A stretch of 64,000 nt of DNA, taken from NCBI RefSeq assembly GCF_009914755.1, contig NC_060932.1; one strand, given 5' to 3'. Positions 1 through 13,040 of the stretch are shown in pieces. The position numbers were made by a program, and so were the translations under genes. Source of the DNA: the human T2T-CHM13v2.0 reference genome, Homo sapiens. The notes beneath the pieces are model-generated. The model ran no database searches. It saw only the letters and a list, made by a program, of their open reading frames with translations, and was not told where the DNA came from. Each line of letters starts with the position of its first letter. Within the stretch, counting starts at the first letter, position 1.

Positions 1-477
1 GAGTGCAAGGTTTTATTGAGTGGAGGTAGCGCTCAGCAGATGGGGGAACTAGAAGGGAGATAGTTTTCCCCTGAAGTCTGGCGACTCAACGGCCTGGGCT
101 CTCCTCCGACTGCCCCAGCCAAACTCCATGTCGTTCCGCTGTGTTAATGGCCTGCCGCTGTGCCTGTTGATGTGTTCTTCCACCGGCGTGCTGCTCTCGA
201 TGTCCTCTCAATGTCCAGGTTCTTGTGTCTTCTTCCACTGATCTACTTCTCACGACGTCCAGCCGCTTGTATGTCTGCCTGCTGGAATCTTGGGGGGTTT
301 TATAGGAACAGGATGGGGGCGTGGCAGGCCAGGGTGGTTTTGGGAAATGCAACATTTGGGTACGAAAACAAAAATGCCTGCCCTCGCCTAGGTCCGTGGG
401 CACAGGCCTGGGGATGGAGCCCTAGCCAGGGACCCACCCTTCTCCTCCCAGCACTTCCCTGCCCCACTTTCATATCA
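1..477 (-). mobile_element. MER52-family ERV1 LTR (cut by window start)
   Basis: Reverse-strand TATA region GGGGTTTTATAGGAACAGGATGGGGGCGTGG, AAATGCAACATTTGGG and terminus ...CATATCA match the recalled MER52 consensus. Confidence 0.75.
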
Positions 478-610
<133 letters not shown>

Positions 611-639
611 CATTCTACAAAATTCTAAAAGAGTAATGA

Positions 640-2215
640 GAAGAAACAAATATTAAAATAAATCCTAAAGCTGCAGTTATTGAAAGTGTGTGGAATTGGT
701 GGATGAATCAAAGAAAGATTAATGAAATACAAGAAACTGCACTGAAAATACCATATATGTAATACTTTTTAAATTTATTTACTATCAAATATATCCACTT
801 TGTGTAACAATAAAATTTATTTGATATTTAATAAAAATATGTAAGTAGATATATTAATGAGACAAGCACACTAGTAGTATATTTTAATATTTAATGAATT
901 TAATATAATTTAATAAAATATAATAAAGGAAGCAATCACCAATGCAACAAATGATAATGAAGAAAAATACCTAAGGCTGTGGAGGAAAATATCAATTTAA
1001 ATTCCCACTTCACATTAAATGCCTGACACATAATAAGGGCACAATATATATTTGTTAAAAGAAGAAATGAATAAATGAGTGAATAATATATTAAGTTCTA
1101 GATGGATTAAATACTTGGCAAACCATAAAGCACTAGAAGAAATTACAAACATATATTGTATCAATCTCTAACTGGGAAAAGCCTTCCTAAACATAGAAAT
1201 GATGGATGAGAAAACAAAAGAAACATTCACTAACACTGATTCTATGGTAGTTTAAATCTCTCTCTATCAAAAACCACCAAACTAGGAAAATAATTGCCAC
1301 ACAAATATGGCAAACAATGGATCAACATCTTTTATTTCTAAGAGGCTCTTGCAAATCCAAAAGACAGAGACAAATACTCCAGTGGAACTCAAGCAAGAAC
1401 TTGAGATGATTCTCAGAAGTAGGAAGACAAATGAACAATAAATGTATGAAGATAAGTTCAACTTCATTTGTTATTTAAGAAATGAAAAATTAAACAAAAA
1501 CACAAGAATAATTCAATGTTTAAACATTCTGTCAAGAACCCTCATCTCCAAAAAATGTACATATACATAAAATTTGACACACCATTGTAGGGTCTTAGAC
1601 CTGTACATGTCATGCCAACAACCAGGGGAACCTAGATTCAGAATTTCTATAACTTCATGCTAACCGACGGATAGCGGAGATGCAGAAAGATGGACATTTT
1701 ATATACTGCTGGTAGAAATATATATTTATACATTTTTGAAAACCTTTTGATAATATGTATTAAAGGCCTCAAAAAAATATATAATTTATTCTTGATATAA
1801 ATACTTTTTAAGAAAGTCTCAAAATCTGTTAAGAGCACAGTGATATATATGCAAAGATGTTCATTATAGCATTATTTATATTAACAAAAAATGTTAGTTA
1901 GTTAAATTCCCAAAATAAGGAAGAGTTTAAATAAATTATGTTACATATTTAAGACAGGTTATTCCACCATAATAATGTTTTTCAAGAATATTTGACATGG
2001 GGAAATACAAAGGATGTATTATGTTGACACAAAAGTAATTGCAGTTTTTGCCATTACAAGTAATGGCAAAAACTGGAATTACTTTTGCACCAAACTGATA
2101 ATATGTAAAAGGAAAATGACATATATTTTGCATAAGAATAACTGCATTAAATACACATACATGGGAAAAACTACGAAGAAATATACCAAAATGTTAATTA
2201 TTTTGGTATGAAGAA
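640..2215 (+). mobile_element. Ancient L1M (L1MC/L1ME-like) ORF2 3' part and 3' UTR fragments
   Basis: A-rich, with degenerate L1 motifs AAAGCTGCAGTTATTGAAAGTGTGTGG, GCAAAGATGTTCATTATAGCATTATTT and ATATACCAAAATGTTAA. Confidence 0.75.
2019..2098. mobile_element. MADE1 (Hsmar1 mariner-derived MITE)
   Basis: 80-bp near-palindrome CAAAAGTAATTGCAGTTTTTGCCATTA...TAATGGCAAAAACTGGAATTACTTTTG flanked by TA on both sides. Confidence 0.92.
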
Positions 2216-2240
2216 AAATGTGTTTTCCTTATTCTTTTCT

Positions 2241-2540
2241 TTTCTTTTTTTTTTTTTTTAAACAGAATTTCTCTCTTTCGCCCAGGCTGGAGTGAAGTGG
2301 CGTGATCTTGGCTTGCTGCAACCTCTGTCCCCCAGGTTCAAGCAATTTTCCTGCTTCAGCCTCCCAAGTAGCTGGGATTATAGGCGCGCGCCACCATGCC
2401 TGGCTAATTTTTGTATTTTTAGTAGAGACATCGTTTCACCATGTTGGCCAGGCTGGTTTCTAACTCCTAACCTCAGGTGATCTACCCATCTCGACCTCCC
2501 AAAGTGCTAGGATTACAGGCGTGAGCCACCATGCCCAGCC
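2241..2540 (-). mobile_element. Full-length AluS (Sx-like)
   Basis: Poly-T followed by both arms; degenerate TSD TTCCTT(A/T)TTCTTTTCT. Confidence 0.95.
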
Positions 2541-3109
2541 CTTCCTTTTTCTTTTCTAAAATGAAAATACATTTTACATTTGACACACACAAAAAAAATA
2601 TGAAAAATAGAAAGGACTATGGAAACATGGTTTCAGTAAGAAAATTCAGAACCAGACTTTGAAATAAAGAGCCATGGCTTCAGCAGACATCAGTGAAAGT
2701 GAACCAGCCCTCCAAGTCCTCCCTGGAGAGAATGTTTCACAAAGGATGTTCGGCGCTCCGTGCCCCTGAGAGACAATGCCACATCAGGCGCTCGGGAGTG
2801 ACCGTCTACTTATATCCAGGGGCAAGAATGTCTGCCTATTTACTTTGAGATAATCTAATATATACTTCTTCTGTTTCTTTGTTTTTTCTTTGGCGAATTG
2901 CATATTTGTGGTGAAAGACATTCCTGTCTAGGTTTTCTTGGATTCAGATCTGAGACAGTAAACACAAAGCATTCAGTAAATCAAGAAACGTTTTTTGAGG
3001 TCTCTACCAAAGACAGTACTAGTCACTTGGGAAAAAAAGACACATATTTGCCCTCAGGGGGTTAAAATATTGTGGGAAGCCAAACCAAGCTAGAATCCTT
3101 GGTGACATA

Positions 3110-3310
3110 AAATATGGTGATTAAACACTCAGGCTTTCGAATAACATGCTCAGTGATTGGAGTCTCCGTTTTATCAATGTCTGCTTTGTGATTTGGGGAA
3201 ATTTGCTTAAGTTCTCTGAACCTCAGTCTCCTTAGAGGTAATATAAGGTATAACAGTGCTTACTTCATAGGGATGTAGGTACAGCTGAGATAATGTGCAT
3301 TGAGATAATG
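3110..3310 (+). mobile_element. MIR
   Basis: Core TTGCTTAAGTTCTCTGAACCTCAGTCTCC...CTTACTTCATAGGGATGT...TGAGATAATG. Confidence 0.75.
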
Positions 3311-3559
3311 TCCAAGTGTTCATTTTGTCTTCTTGATCCTATCTGATCACCCTAATTTCAAACTAGTGTGTCCAATTAGGTACCTGGAACACATCACCCT
3401 TTTGGTGTCGAGTTCTTGTAATGGACTTATGTTTTGTGTAGGGTAATTAATGTTTATTGAGCATCTGCTTTTTACCATGCACTGTGTTACAACTTTAGAG
3501 CTGTTGTATGGATAAAACTTATCATTGCCAATAGACCATGTGTACTACTGGTATACTCA

Positions 3560-4300
3560 CAGCAATTATAGTTGTTGTTGTCATGAGCAACTCAAAAATT
3601 TCAATGGCTTAACAAGTACATCTGTATTTTTCATTCACATTACAATCCAAGAGTTTAAGAATTCAGTAGAAATTATTCTATGTGGTGATTTGGGGATCCT
3701 CCTGTGTATGAGGCCGTTCTTGCATTGCTATAAAGAAATACCTGAGGCTGGGTAATTTATAAAGAAAATAGGTTTAATTGGTCACGATTCTGCAGGCTTT
3801 ACAGGAAGCATGGTGCTGGCATCTGCTTGGCTTCTGGTGAAGCCCCAGGGAGCTTTCAATCATGGCAGAAGGTGAAAGGGGAAGCCGGCACCTCACATGG
3901 CCAGAGCAGGAGCAAGAGAGAGAATGAAGGGCATGGGCCACATTCTTAACCAGATTTCATGAGAACTCACTAATGCAAGGACAACACCAAACCATGAGGG
4001 ATCCTCCCCATGACCCAGTCACCTGCCACCAGGTCCCACTTCCATCACTGGGGATTACAATTCAACATGAGACTTCACAGGGACATATATTCAAACTATA
4101 TCACCATGCCACCCATTTTGTGGTTCCATCATCTTATAGGGCCTCCCTAAGTCCTCGGCTGAGACCTCTCTGCATTCAGCCAACCAACAGGCAAAGGAAA
4201 AAAAAAAGGAGGACAAGGAGTGCCTCACCTCCAGGCCTGAAGGAAGTGGTGTAGTGGTGTACCTCATTTTCATGGACATTCTGGAAAGAATGGGAGAAAG
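3560..4300 (-). mobile_element. Old ERVL/MaLR LTR (LTR33/MLT1K-L-like), split by MSTB
   Basis: AATTTCAATGGCTTAACA on the left; TTTTGTGGTTCCATCATC...CTGCATTCAGCC...CCAGGCCTGAAGGAAGTGG on the right. Confidence 0.55.
3705..4103 (-). mobile_element. MSTB-like MaLR solo LTR
   Basis: TGTATGAGGCCGTTCTTGCATTGCTATAAAGAAATACCTGAGGCTGGGTAATTTATAAAG...CAAACTATATCA. Confidence 0.88.
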
Positions 4301-4384
4301 ACAATTTAGCCTCCCTGCCTCCCTGCAAAAGAGCTTCCTGTTCCACAAGACATCATAACTGAATCAGGCTGAAAATAATAATTG

Positions 4385-4663
<279 letters not shown>

Positions 4664-5409
4664 TAGAATTCTTTATATGCTTTACCTTAACTGGGGGCTC
4701 ATGAACAAATTTTAATTCAGTTACCAAAAATAAAGATTCACCCTTTTTGCATGTCTGAATCACAGTGTGGAAATTTTAACCCTCCGCACTGCACTATATC
4801 TCTAGAGCCTCAAAATGAACCTGTGAGGTATGTATTATTAGACACATGAGGACACTGGGTATCAAAAGTTTGGGAGAAAATTATACGGGTAATATTGGGC
4901 ATGACCAGTACCAAACCCAAGAGAGTCTATCAACTGTCCATGTTTTTTCCAACTATTCCAAACTATTCTCAATTATTAAAAGTAATTTAAAAAATTAGGC
5001 TATTAATCAATGGTTCCCATTTGGTTTGCAAAAGCATCACCTTTATCATTTGAGTATATTAATTAGACTTTAGGAAGAAAGTTCCGCAATCTTTTTACCC
5101 AAATCCTCAAGCCTGATCCCTGACTCTCAGGCCCAAGACCCTGTAAAGCATCTACTGGTATCATCAATTTACCCATGGGCTGGGAGAGAGGGAAAGGCTC
5201 ACATTGCTAACAATCTGAAGAATGAACTTCTAGGAAGATGAGGCCTCTGACCTAGGATTTCAAGAGAAGAGGAGCAGATGACAGATTAGAAGAACAAGCA
5301 GCTGGTATAGCTTTGGAGAGTGCTCATGACATAAAATGTACACCCATAAGCCACAAAATTGTAAGGCTGTCAAGATGTTAATTAGCTATGTTTATTTTAG
5401 TGAATATTA

Positions 5410-5580
5410 TGTCCAAAAAAAGTTTATTGTTCAATCAGGACTGGGAAATGCTGGTTTAAACAAAATAAAACAGATTTCCAATACTGTAGCTTGTTAATAA
5501 ATTGTGTACCCTGATAATATTCAAGAGGTAAATAACACAGTATTTTTCAAAACTATTTGGCTACTGAACCATTTTATCTA
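5410..5580. mobile_element. Probable hAT-Charlie relic (MER113-like)
   Basis: GGGAAATGCTGGTTTAAACAAAATAAAACAGATTTC...AAACTATTTGGCTACTGAACC; a related copy lies at 43305-43450. Confidence 0.45.
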
Positions 5581-6769
5581 CAGATCATCTCTTGGGGCTC
5601 ATATACCACATATGCCCCCATGGTCTCCAGGCCGTGCTGTGATCCCAGCTTTTGCAGATGAGAGAGAGAAAAACTCAGAGATGTTTGCCCTGGTTGTGCC
5701 AGCAACCCAGACATGATGAAGCTCTCAGCTATAACCCTTAGAAAACACAAGCCAAGAAAACCTAGGTAAATACTTCAACATTTTCACATGAATCATAATA
5801 CAGTACGGTTTTCACACTGATTAGGTCTGTACAAATTCAGAACTTGAAATGCTTTGAGTCGTGTATACTCAGCATTTCTTCCAAGCAACTTGCTGCTACT
5901 TCGGTGGGAAAACTAGTCACAATAATTCAGCTAATTAGTCACTAAGCTAATTATTCTGCACATTTTTTAAAACCTGCTTATTTTTCTCTCTTGTTAGAGA
6001 GAAAAAAATAGTGTACAGTTAGTTACAGAGCATTGTTGCATCTGTTTTAATCAGGAGGTAAAGTGACTTGAAAGTCTTATGATATAATGATGTAATTTCT
6101 AAGCTATAAATTTTTACTATCAAGTCAAAAACGGTCGTTTTGAACCTACATAGTTTGTTAGCTCTTGAGTTACAACTTCTATCCTATGGCAACTTATACC
6201 CTCTATGAATGCCAAATTTTTATATCCTAGGGTTGAATCTTACACATATAATTTGTCTTATGGATTCTATTCTATTTTCTCATTTACAAAACACACTACC
6301 ACCTCCCCTCAACAGGGTCTAAAGTTAAAAACACACATGCAATGGTTTCCTCTAAAGAAGGGAGGCCTGCAATGAATGGGAGAAATTCAATTGTTTTCTT
6401 GGTTTTCCTCACACAAGACATGAGAGGTATGCAGAGATGGTTTTTTAATATTCATCAAAGGCCTTGGAACCACGATCCCCATTCCACAACGTCTAGAAGA
6501 TTTACGGAACTGGAAGTTCTCTGCTCAAGTTTCCTGGAAGCCTCTGTTCTATGTGATCAGGAGAGAAGGAAATGTAAATTCTGTATATTCCTTTGATTAT
6601 TAAGTGATGTGGGTGCGGTCTGGCAAATTGCATGCTAGTAGCATTCGCCTCTTTTTTTAAGACTGAGGCTAGAAAATCTTAAATTGAACTTCCAGGCCAT
6701 GAGGTGGCAAAAGAACATTTGCAAATGATTTGTAAATAGCACTCTGATGAAGAAAAGTTTCTAAAGAGA

Positions 6770-6910
6770 TTCAGTTCAATCTAACAAGTGTGTCTTTGTG
6801 CTCAAGTCTTTCTCAGGAGCTGTACTAGGGGCTGTAGGGGCTGCAAAAAGTGAAGGCGAGGGTGAGACATTGGCTTTGTAGTTGCAGCACTTAGAATCTA
6901 GTGGAGGGAA
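6770..6910 (-). mobile_element. L2 3' fragment
   Basis: Degenerate TTCAATCTAACAAGTG...CAGGAGCTGTACTAGGGGCTG...CTTAGAATCTAGTGG. Confidence 0.55.
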
Positions 6911-7989
6911 CAGGACTTAGCATGAGGAATAATTGGAGCTTAGCACAAATGCTCAGGAGTGTGGAGTAGACCAGTGCTCAGTGAAGGAGGAGGGGGTCCA
7001 CGCACACGGGGTCTGGGGAGGTTGATGGTGGGCAGAGCTTGGCAGAAAGGAGAGGTGAGGGCATCTCCCAGTGAGCACAGACTCACAGACAAGAAAGGGC
7101 ACGATGTAACCCTCCCCTACCATTGATTGCTTCTGGAACTCTATCACTAATGCCCACTGTAGGCACAAATCACACAAAACACCATGTCAACACTCACTCA
7201 TGCAGCTCATACTTTATCTGCAAAGGTTGACATGAAGAACTGTATTCTCCAGTCTCCTAAGAAAAGACACCTGTGGGTCCCCTGTAGAACACAGGGGGAT
7301 GAGACGTCAGGCAGCCCAGTGGTCTCCACTTGTACTCATCTCTATAGTGTTGTTTTACCTGTATCACAGCACCTTAGGGAGGGGGTTCCAGGAACAGGAA
7401 AGCTAGCAAAGACTGTCTCCTATCCCAGGCACCTCCCTCCCATCTGATGACATGCAGAAGATACCCCCTTCCTTGAAGGGCCAACCAGCCTCTGCTTACC
7501 ACGTTTGAGAATTAATTTTGTGACTGAGTGAATAAACCAAGGAACAAACAAAGAGACACAAAACTGTTCTTTTCTCTGCTGAGAGCGTAGGACTTGGCAG
7601 TCCTTTTGTTAGAGAGGGAAGCTTCGTCCCACGTGATTTCGCTAAGCCTTCGCCCCCAGATACTTCCTCTCCTGCCTCCAACACACAAAACCCCTTTTTC
7701 CTAGGGGAGCCAAACCAAAGAACCCCACATATTCTGAAGCCCCAGATGTGGTTTCACAGCCACACCAAACAAGGAGCCTTTGGAAGGGGTGGCCCTGAGA
7801 AACCAGACCAGGCTCTTCTCGAAGCATATTTGCCTCCTTTGGTCTCCAGAGATTGATTTCCACTTTGCAAGGAGTCATTATAAAAACCTCGGGATGGTCA
7901 AAAGGGGTTCTGACCTCCACTGGGTATGGGGACAACAGTGGGTGGGGTGGCCACAGAAAGGACGTAATATAGCTCCCTGGGGAGTGCTC

Positions 7990-8157
7990 ACCCCCTCTCC
8001 ATCCCCTTTCCCCCTCTGGCTTCTCTTCCCTCCTGTCTCCTCTCCCTCCCTCTTCTTTCTTCTTCTCTCTCCCCCTCCCCCCACTTGCCTATCCCCCCCA
8101 GCCTCTCTCTCTCTCTCTCTCTCTATTTCTCTCTCTCCCTCCCTCTCTCTCTCTCAG
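7990..8157. repeat. Polypyrimidine tract ending in (CT)n microsatellite
   Basis: Seen directly. Confidence 0.95.
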
Positions 8158-9494
8158 GCCTGCCATGCAGCAGCAGGGGTCACTGTGCACCAGCGGGAGG
8201 AGCCCAGCTCACAGCTCCATGCAGGACCAGCATCAGGATGAACTCCTGGCCCTGGCCCTGGCCCTGCCTGCAGACAGGAGGCCAGGGCCAGGCCATCATG
8301 CTGGTGCTGTCTGTCTCCCTATGCCTCCAGAAGTAATTACCTTTGCAGAAAAGGGACTGCAAAAATAATCCTGTAGACATCATGCGAGGACAGGTAAGAC
8401 AGAGCACTCTGCAACCTAAGCACACATCTGATCATAGAGGTAAACGAACCAGAGATAAATAAAACTCATCCTCAACCACTCACGAAGTACCCTCTGACCC
8501 CTGCTGTGGCATCTTAACCCACACCATGTCCTGAACATCCTTTCTCGAATGTTTGCTCTTGACCCAGTCAGCTCCTTCTAAGGCAAGGATTCCCTTTGAT
8601 GAGGGTTCCAGCCCCCAAGGTCACGCACCACAAGGCTGGGAGGGTCCTCAGAGACCAGCACCCGCCCAGTAGTTTTAGTCCTGGATTCATGAGGGCTCCC
8701 AGGCCCTGGGTCTCAGAAGCTTCTGAGGTGGGAGAGATAGAACCCTGGGAGTGGGCCAGGTCTCTGCCAGAGATTGATTCAAGTGAATTTGGGTTTCCCA
8801 ATATTTCATTTTTTAAGCCTCCTTCTGTTCATGCAAAACAAAACAAGCAAAAATTGAAAAACACTGTCCTAGCTCAACAATTTCCCATGTGGATAGAAGT
8901 TTCAGGGAGTTCAGCGCCCTTCCCATTATCACACAGCCTGTGTTAGCCACCTGGTCCGTCAAGGTGGAGGGGAGCAGGGCAGGTGGAGTGAACTCAGGAG
9001 AGGAAAATCAAACAGAATGGCAGCCCAGGAGCCCCAGAGGGGCAGAGAGCCAGGTTAGAGGCATACACATGGGTGCTTCTGGGCTCCCTTGAAGCAGGCC
9101 ACCCTCGGCCCCCAACCTGGCCCACACTCTCTCCGCACCTCCGTCAGTCCTCCTGCCCGCATCATGAGTGCCTGCCGTTATATTTGCCATCCACTGGGTG
9201 TCCTGCAAGCAGTGACTGTGGACACGGTGCAGAGATGTTCGTGGTGGGTTCTAAGTGATACAGGCTTCTGCCTGAGCAGGATCTCAGCTGCTGGAAGCCC
9301 CAATAAGACTAATGGGCAAGGTAAATTATTTTCTCTTCTGCTGAAGCACAATTTTCTATCCATTTCCTCCTTTTGACGTGTACAGTAGGATAAAAAGAGA
9401 GGAGGAGGAAGGCAAGGGGGGAGAAGGGAATGGAAAACACTTAGACTTTCAATGGAGGCTCATTTTGGTAAAGTAACCCAGCGTCCCCATGGAC

Positions 9495-9660
9495 CTAGAG
9501 AATTAAATGCTGTCACTCAGATCTGAAAGCAGAGTCATCCAGTTTGCAGACACCTGTCATAATTAAACTAATGGCTCTGAAAATGTGCCTTGATATTAAA
9601 TCTATCTTCCACTGAGGAGCAGAGCTGATTAAAACCACCATTTGACAGTTAATGATGAAC
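9495..9660. promoter_or_regulatory. Candidate enhancer (MEIS plus homeodomain motifs)
   Basis: CTGTCA 9510 and 9554, TAATTA 9560, TGATTA 9626, TGACAG 9643; no repeat recognised. Confidence 0.45.
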
Positions 9661-10979
9661 CTCTCACTGACTGGGCTCTGTGACTGGAACCGGCCAGTTG
9701 AGGCTGTCCTCTGCCCCTGCTTCTATCAGAGACCTGCCCCTTCCTTCTCCCTCCACCCAAAGGCAGCACAATCCCTAGGCCCTTCCTTCCCTCTCTTCTA
9801 GAAACTGGGGTTCCTCTCTATACTCTGACCTCACACCACCCCTTCTCCATTAGTGGGAAAACAGGGATTCTCAGTGGAGAGGTTGTGTTTTCAGTGAACA
9901 CTGAGTTATTGTGTGGCCTTCAGGAGGCATTGCTGTGCAAATTGTCTGTAGGAGTAGGAGAGGCCCTGCCCTGACTTCTGGTACCTTCTCTAGAAAACTG
10001 AACTTCCAACCTTATCTATAGGAGAAGCTAAACTCTGCCCTGTCGTAGAGTCAGAGACTCAGAAGTTACAAGGTTGCAGGGTTGATTATCTTTCCCTGTA
10101 ATTAGGTGTTGGGGCCTATGGTCAGACAAAGTCGTTTACAAGTAGAACTGTCTTTTGAGAAAGTGACATATTCCAAACAGATTATTTGGAAATGTAACGA
10201 TGCTGCCTATTTATACACAGCTACTCTCTCTCACCAGTGAGAGACCTTTGATACCAGATTCCTCAGAGGGAGACGCTAGGAGAAAACAGTTCCAGGCCCT
10301 TCTGTCCTCTGGTCTTCAGTTTCTCTTACAAAAATGAGAACCTATGAAATTTCCTCAGACGGCTTTTCTGCAGGCCACAGTCCAGAATTTTGTCCCAAAA
10401 AGTGGCTCTAACACTTCTTAACGAAGTGTTGTTCATATTTCAGATTATTTATCATCACCAGGGACACTGAGTTTATAACCTTCCTCCTCTCAACACAGGG
10501 TGGAGATTCTCAAGAACAACTAGTTGACCTCAGTATTTCCTCTCTTCTGGTACTCCAGAGCTTAATGGCCAAATAGAAATCCACAATATATCTTCCTGCT
10601 TTATCCTGGCATGACATTCAAGATCCTTTCAGAAGCGATTCATGCTCTGTGCCCTATCCTTGGCTCTTCCACACTCCCATTAAAACCCACATTTGCCTTC
10701 CCTGCAAAGGGCTTCCCTGCCTGGAGCCCTGCAAGTGCTTGCTATACCTCTGGGTCCACCAAGATCCAGAGGGTGGCTGGAGACATTACAAGGAAGAAGA
10801 GAGCTCCATCCTCTCCAGTCCTCTCTGTTCAAAATTGGAGCAACCCTAAAGCAGCAACTCCTAATTAATCCATCAGCAAATGATGATCTAAGTAATTACA
10901 CTGAGTTGTGAGTCCCCCCAATTATCTGCACATTGTACATAAGTCTCTGTTGATGGTTTGCTTAATTGTTTGATTGACT

Positions 10980-11473
10980 GATTTATAGTGTTTTATTTTT
11001 TTCAGAACACTATTTTTTTTTTTTTTTTTTTGTAGACGGAGTCTCACTGTGTCACCCAAGCTGGAGTGCAGTGGTGCGATCTCAGCTCGCTGCCACCTCC
11101 ACCTCCCGTGTTCAAGTGATTCTTCTGCCTCAGCCTCCTGAGTAGCTGGGACTATAGGCGTGAGCCACCACGCTCAGCTAATTTTTGTATTTTTAGTAGA
11201 GACAGGGTTTCACCATGTTGCCCAGGCTGGTCTTGAACTCCTGACCTTGTGATTCGTCTGCCTCGGCCTCCCAAAGTGTTGGGATAACAGGCGTGAGCCA
11301 CAGCGCCTGGCCCAGAGCACTCTTAAACATTTCCTTGGATTCTTACACCAACCCTGTGAGATAAATATTTCCCTATTTTATAAATGAAGAAGTGACTAGG
11401 TAAAGTGGCATCTTCAAACCCACAGGACCAGTGAGTGGAAGATCAGGGACTGGAACTCACGTTGTCTGACTCC
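10980..11473 (-). mobile_element. MIR split by an Alu
   Basis: CAACCCTGTGAGATAAATAT...CTATTTTATAAATGAAGAA...GGACTGGAACTCAC...GTCTGACTCC. Confidence 0.7.
11013..11312 (-). mobile_element. Full-length AluS (Sg/Sc-like)
   Basis: Poly-T and both arms; TSD CAGAACACTAT/CAGAGCACTCT. Confidence 0.96.
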
Positions 11474-12349
11474 CTATGGAGGGCTACTGTCAGGTCCCTG
11501 AGGCCCCAAATGAGCTTGAGCTGGGTACCCAGTTTTTTATTAGGAATTTACAGTATTAAAAAATTGTATGACCAGTTACTGATCTCCAAAAGACAGAGCA
11601 GATTTCTCACAATCTTTCCACCACAGATCCATATTCTGGAGATTTTTTTTTCCAACTTCTTTCTATGTGAATTTCCTTGTTGGACTTTTTAAAATTCCCA
11701 TTTTTCCTCCATCCGCTACAGGCAGAGTTTGGAGGTATTGTTAAGAGTTTTATTTTCTCTTCCTTACCTGCCGCTTCATCACTATTTTCTGCTTCTATTA
11801 AAATTCATGATTGATTGAGGTAAATGCCTGTTAAATTGATCATTCAAATTATGTGTGTGTGAGAGAGAGAGAGAGAGAGAGCTGTAAAAGGCAGGCAAAG
11901 AACATGAAATCTACAAAGTGGAAGATACAGAGGGGGAGCAGAGATTCCGAAAGAAAGAAAATGAGGCTAAAGAGAGAAAATCAGGGAGAGAGGAGAGACT
12001 GGATGGCAGAAGGAAAGACAAAGACTGGTAAGAAGAAAGCTCTGCGTTCCTCTGGCTTCCCCCAGACACCCTGAGGTCAGATGCCTTCCTTGCACAACAT
12101 CCACACGCGCACACGTATGCGCACGCACACACACACACCCCCGAGGCTGTCACATTTTAGAACACCATTAGGAAAGTGACACCTAGTTGAAGGAGTCCCC
12201 TGTCCAGCCACCCAGGCCAACACTCCTGTCTGACCCCTCCCCTCCAAAGGCCGATCCTCCGGTGTTGAGTGACAGAGGTTCCCTCTCCCTGATCGAAGTG
12301 GAGCCTCTAATTGTGCTGAGCAGCGATGCCAGGGATGCCCGGGCAGCCT

Positions 12350-13040
12350 CATGTCTCTCGCTATCATTAGCTTTCTTACCAGGCTCTGAAGCCTTCCACT
12401 GCCACAACAGTAATTACCAAGAGATTAGGCAGGCATTAAGCACTCCTTAATTTGACACATTGCAATGATCTCCATTCAGCCTTTCTGCTCGAATAACTCT
12501 CAACAAATATTTCAGAGGCTACCAAAATAAACAGAAGCACTGTGTTTGCACAGCTGAGGCCTCCTTCCTCCTTCTCTAAATGCCATCAATTCCAGGTAGG
12601 AGGCGAGGTGGGGGGCAGTGAGAGGATGGGTGGGTAGGGTGCAAGGGGAGGGTGGTGGAAGAGGGTGGCACCACCTGCTGGGCCCTAATATAGCCTGAAA
12701 AACCCAAGTCCATACAGCGGGAAGCAATCAGTAAAGCACTAACATATGGCCTGCTACAACTGATGGCAATTTAATAGGGCCCATTTTTTAAGCAAGTCGT
12801 TATACGAGAACCTAATAAAAAGACATCAGTATTTATATAAAAACCACCGCTTTAGGAAAAAATAATAATTACAGTGAAGGGAGTTGTGTTGTTGTTGCTG
12901 GAATTTTTTTAGTGGGTTATTAGCTCAGACATTATTCATTAGGTAATGCAATGGGAAAACCACTGTTAATATGGCAATAAATCCCAATGGGATCATCTCA
13001 TGGAAGATAGGATCATTTGGCAATTACAATGCACTGGAAG
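12350..13040. promoter_or_regulatory. Candidate conserved non-coding/enhancer blocks
   Basis: Repeat-free, many TAAT/ATTA cores, TAATAAAA, CATATG E-box, and a CTCF-like motif at 12668. Confidence 0.35.
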
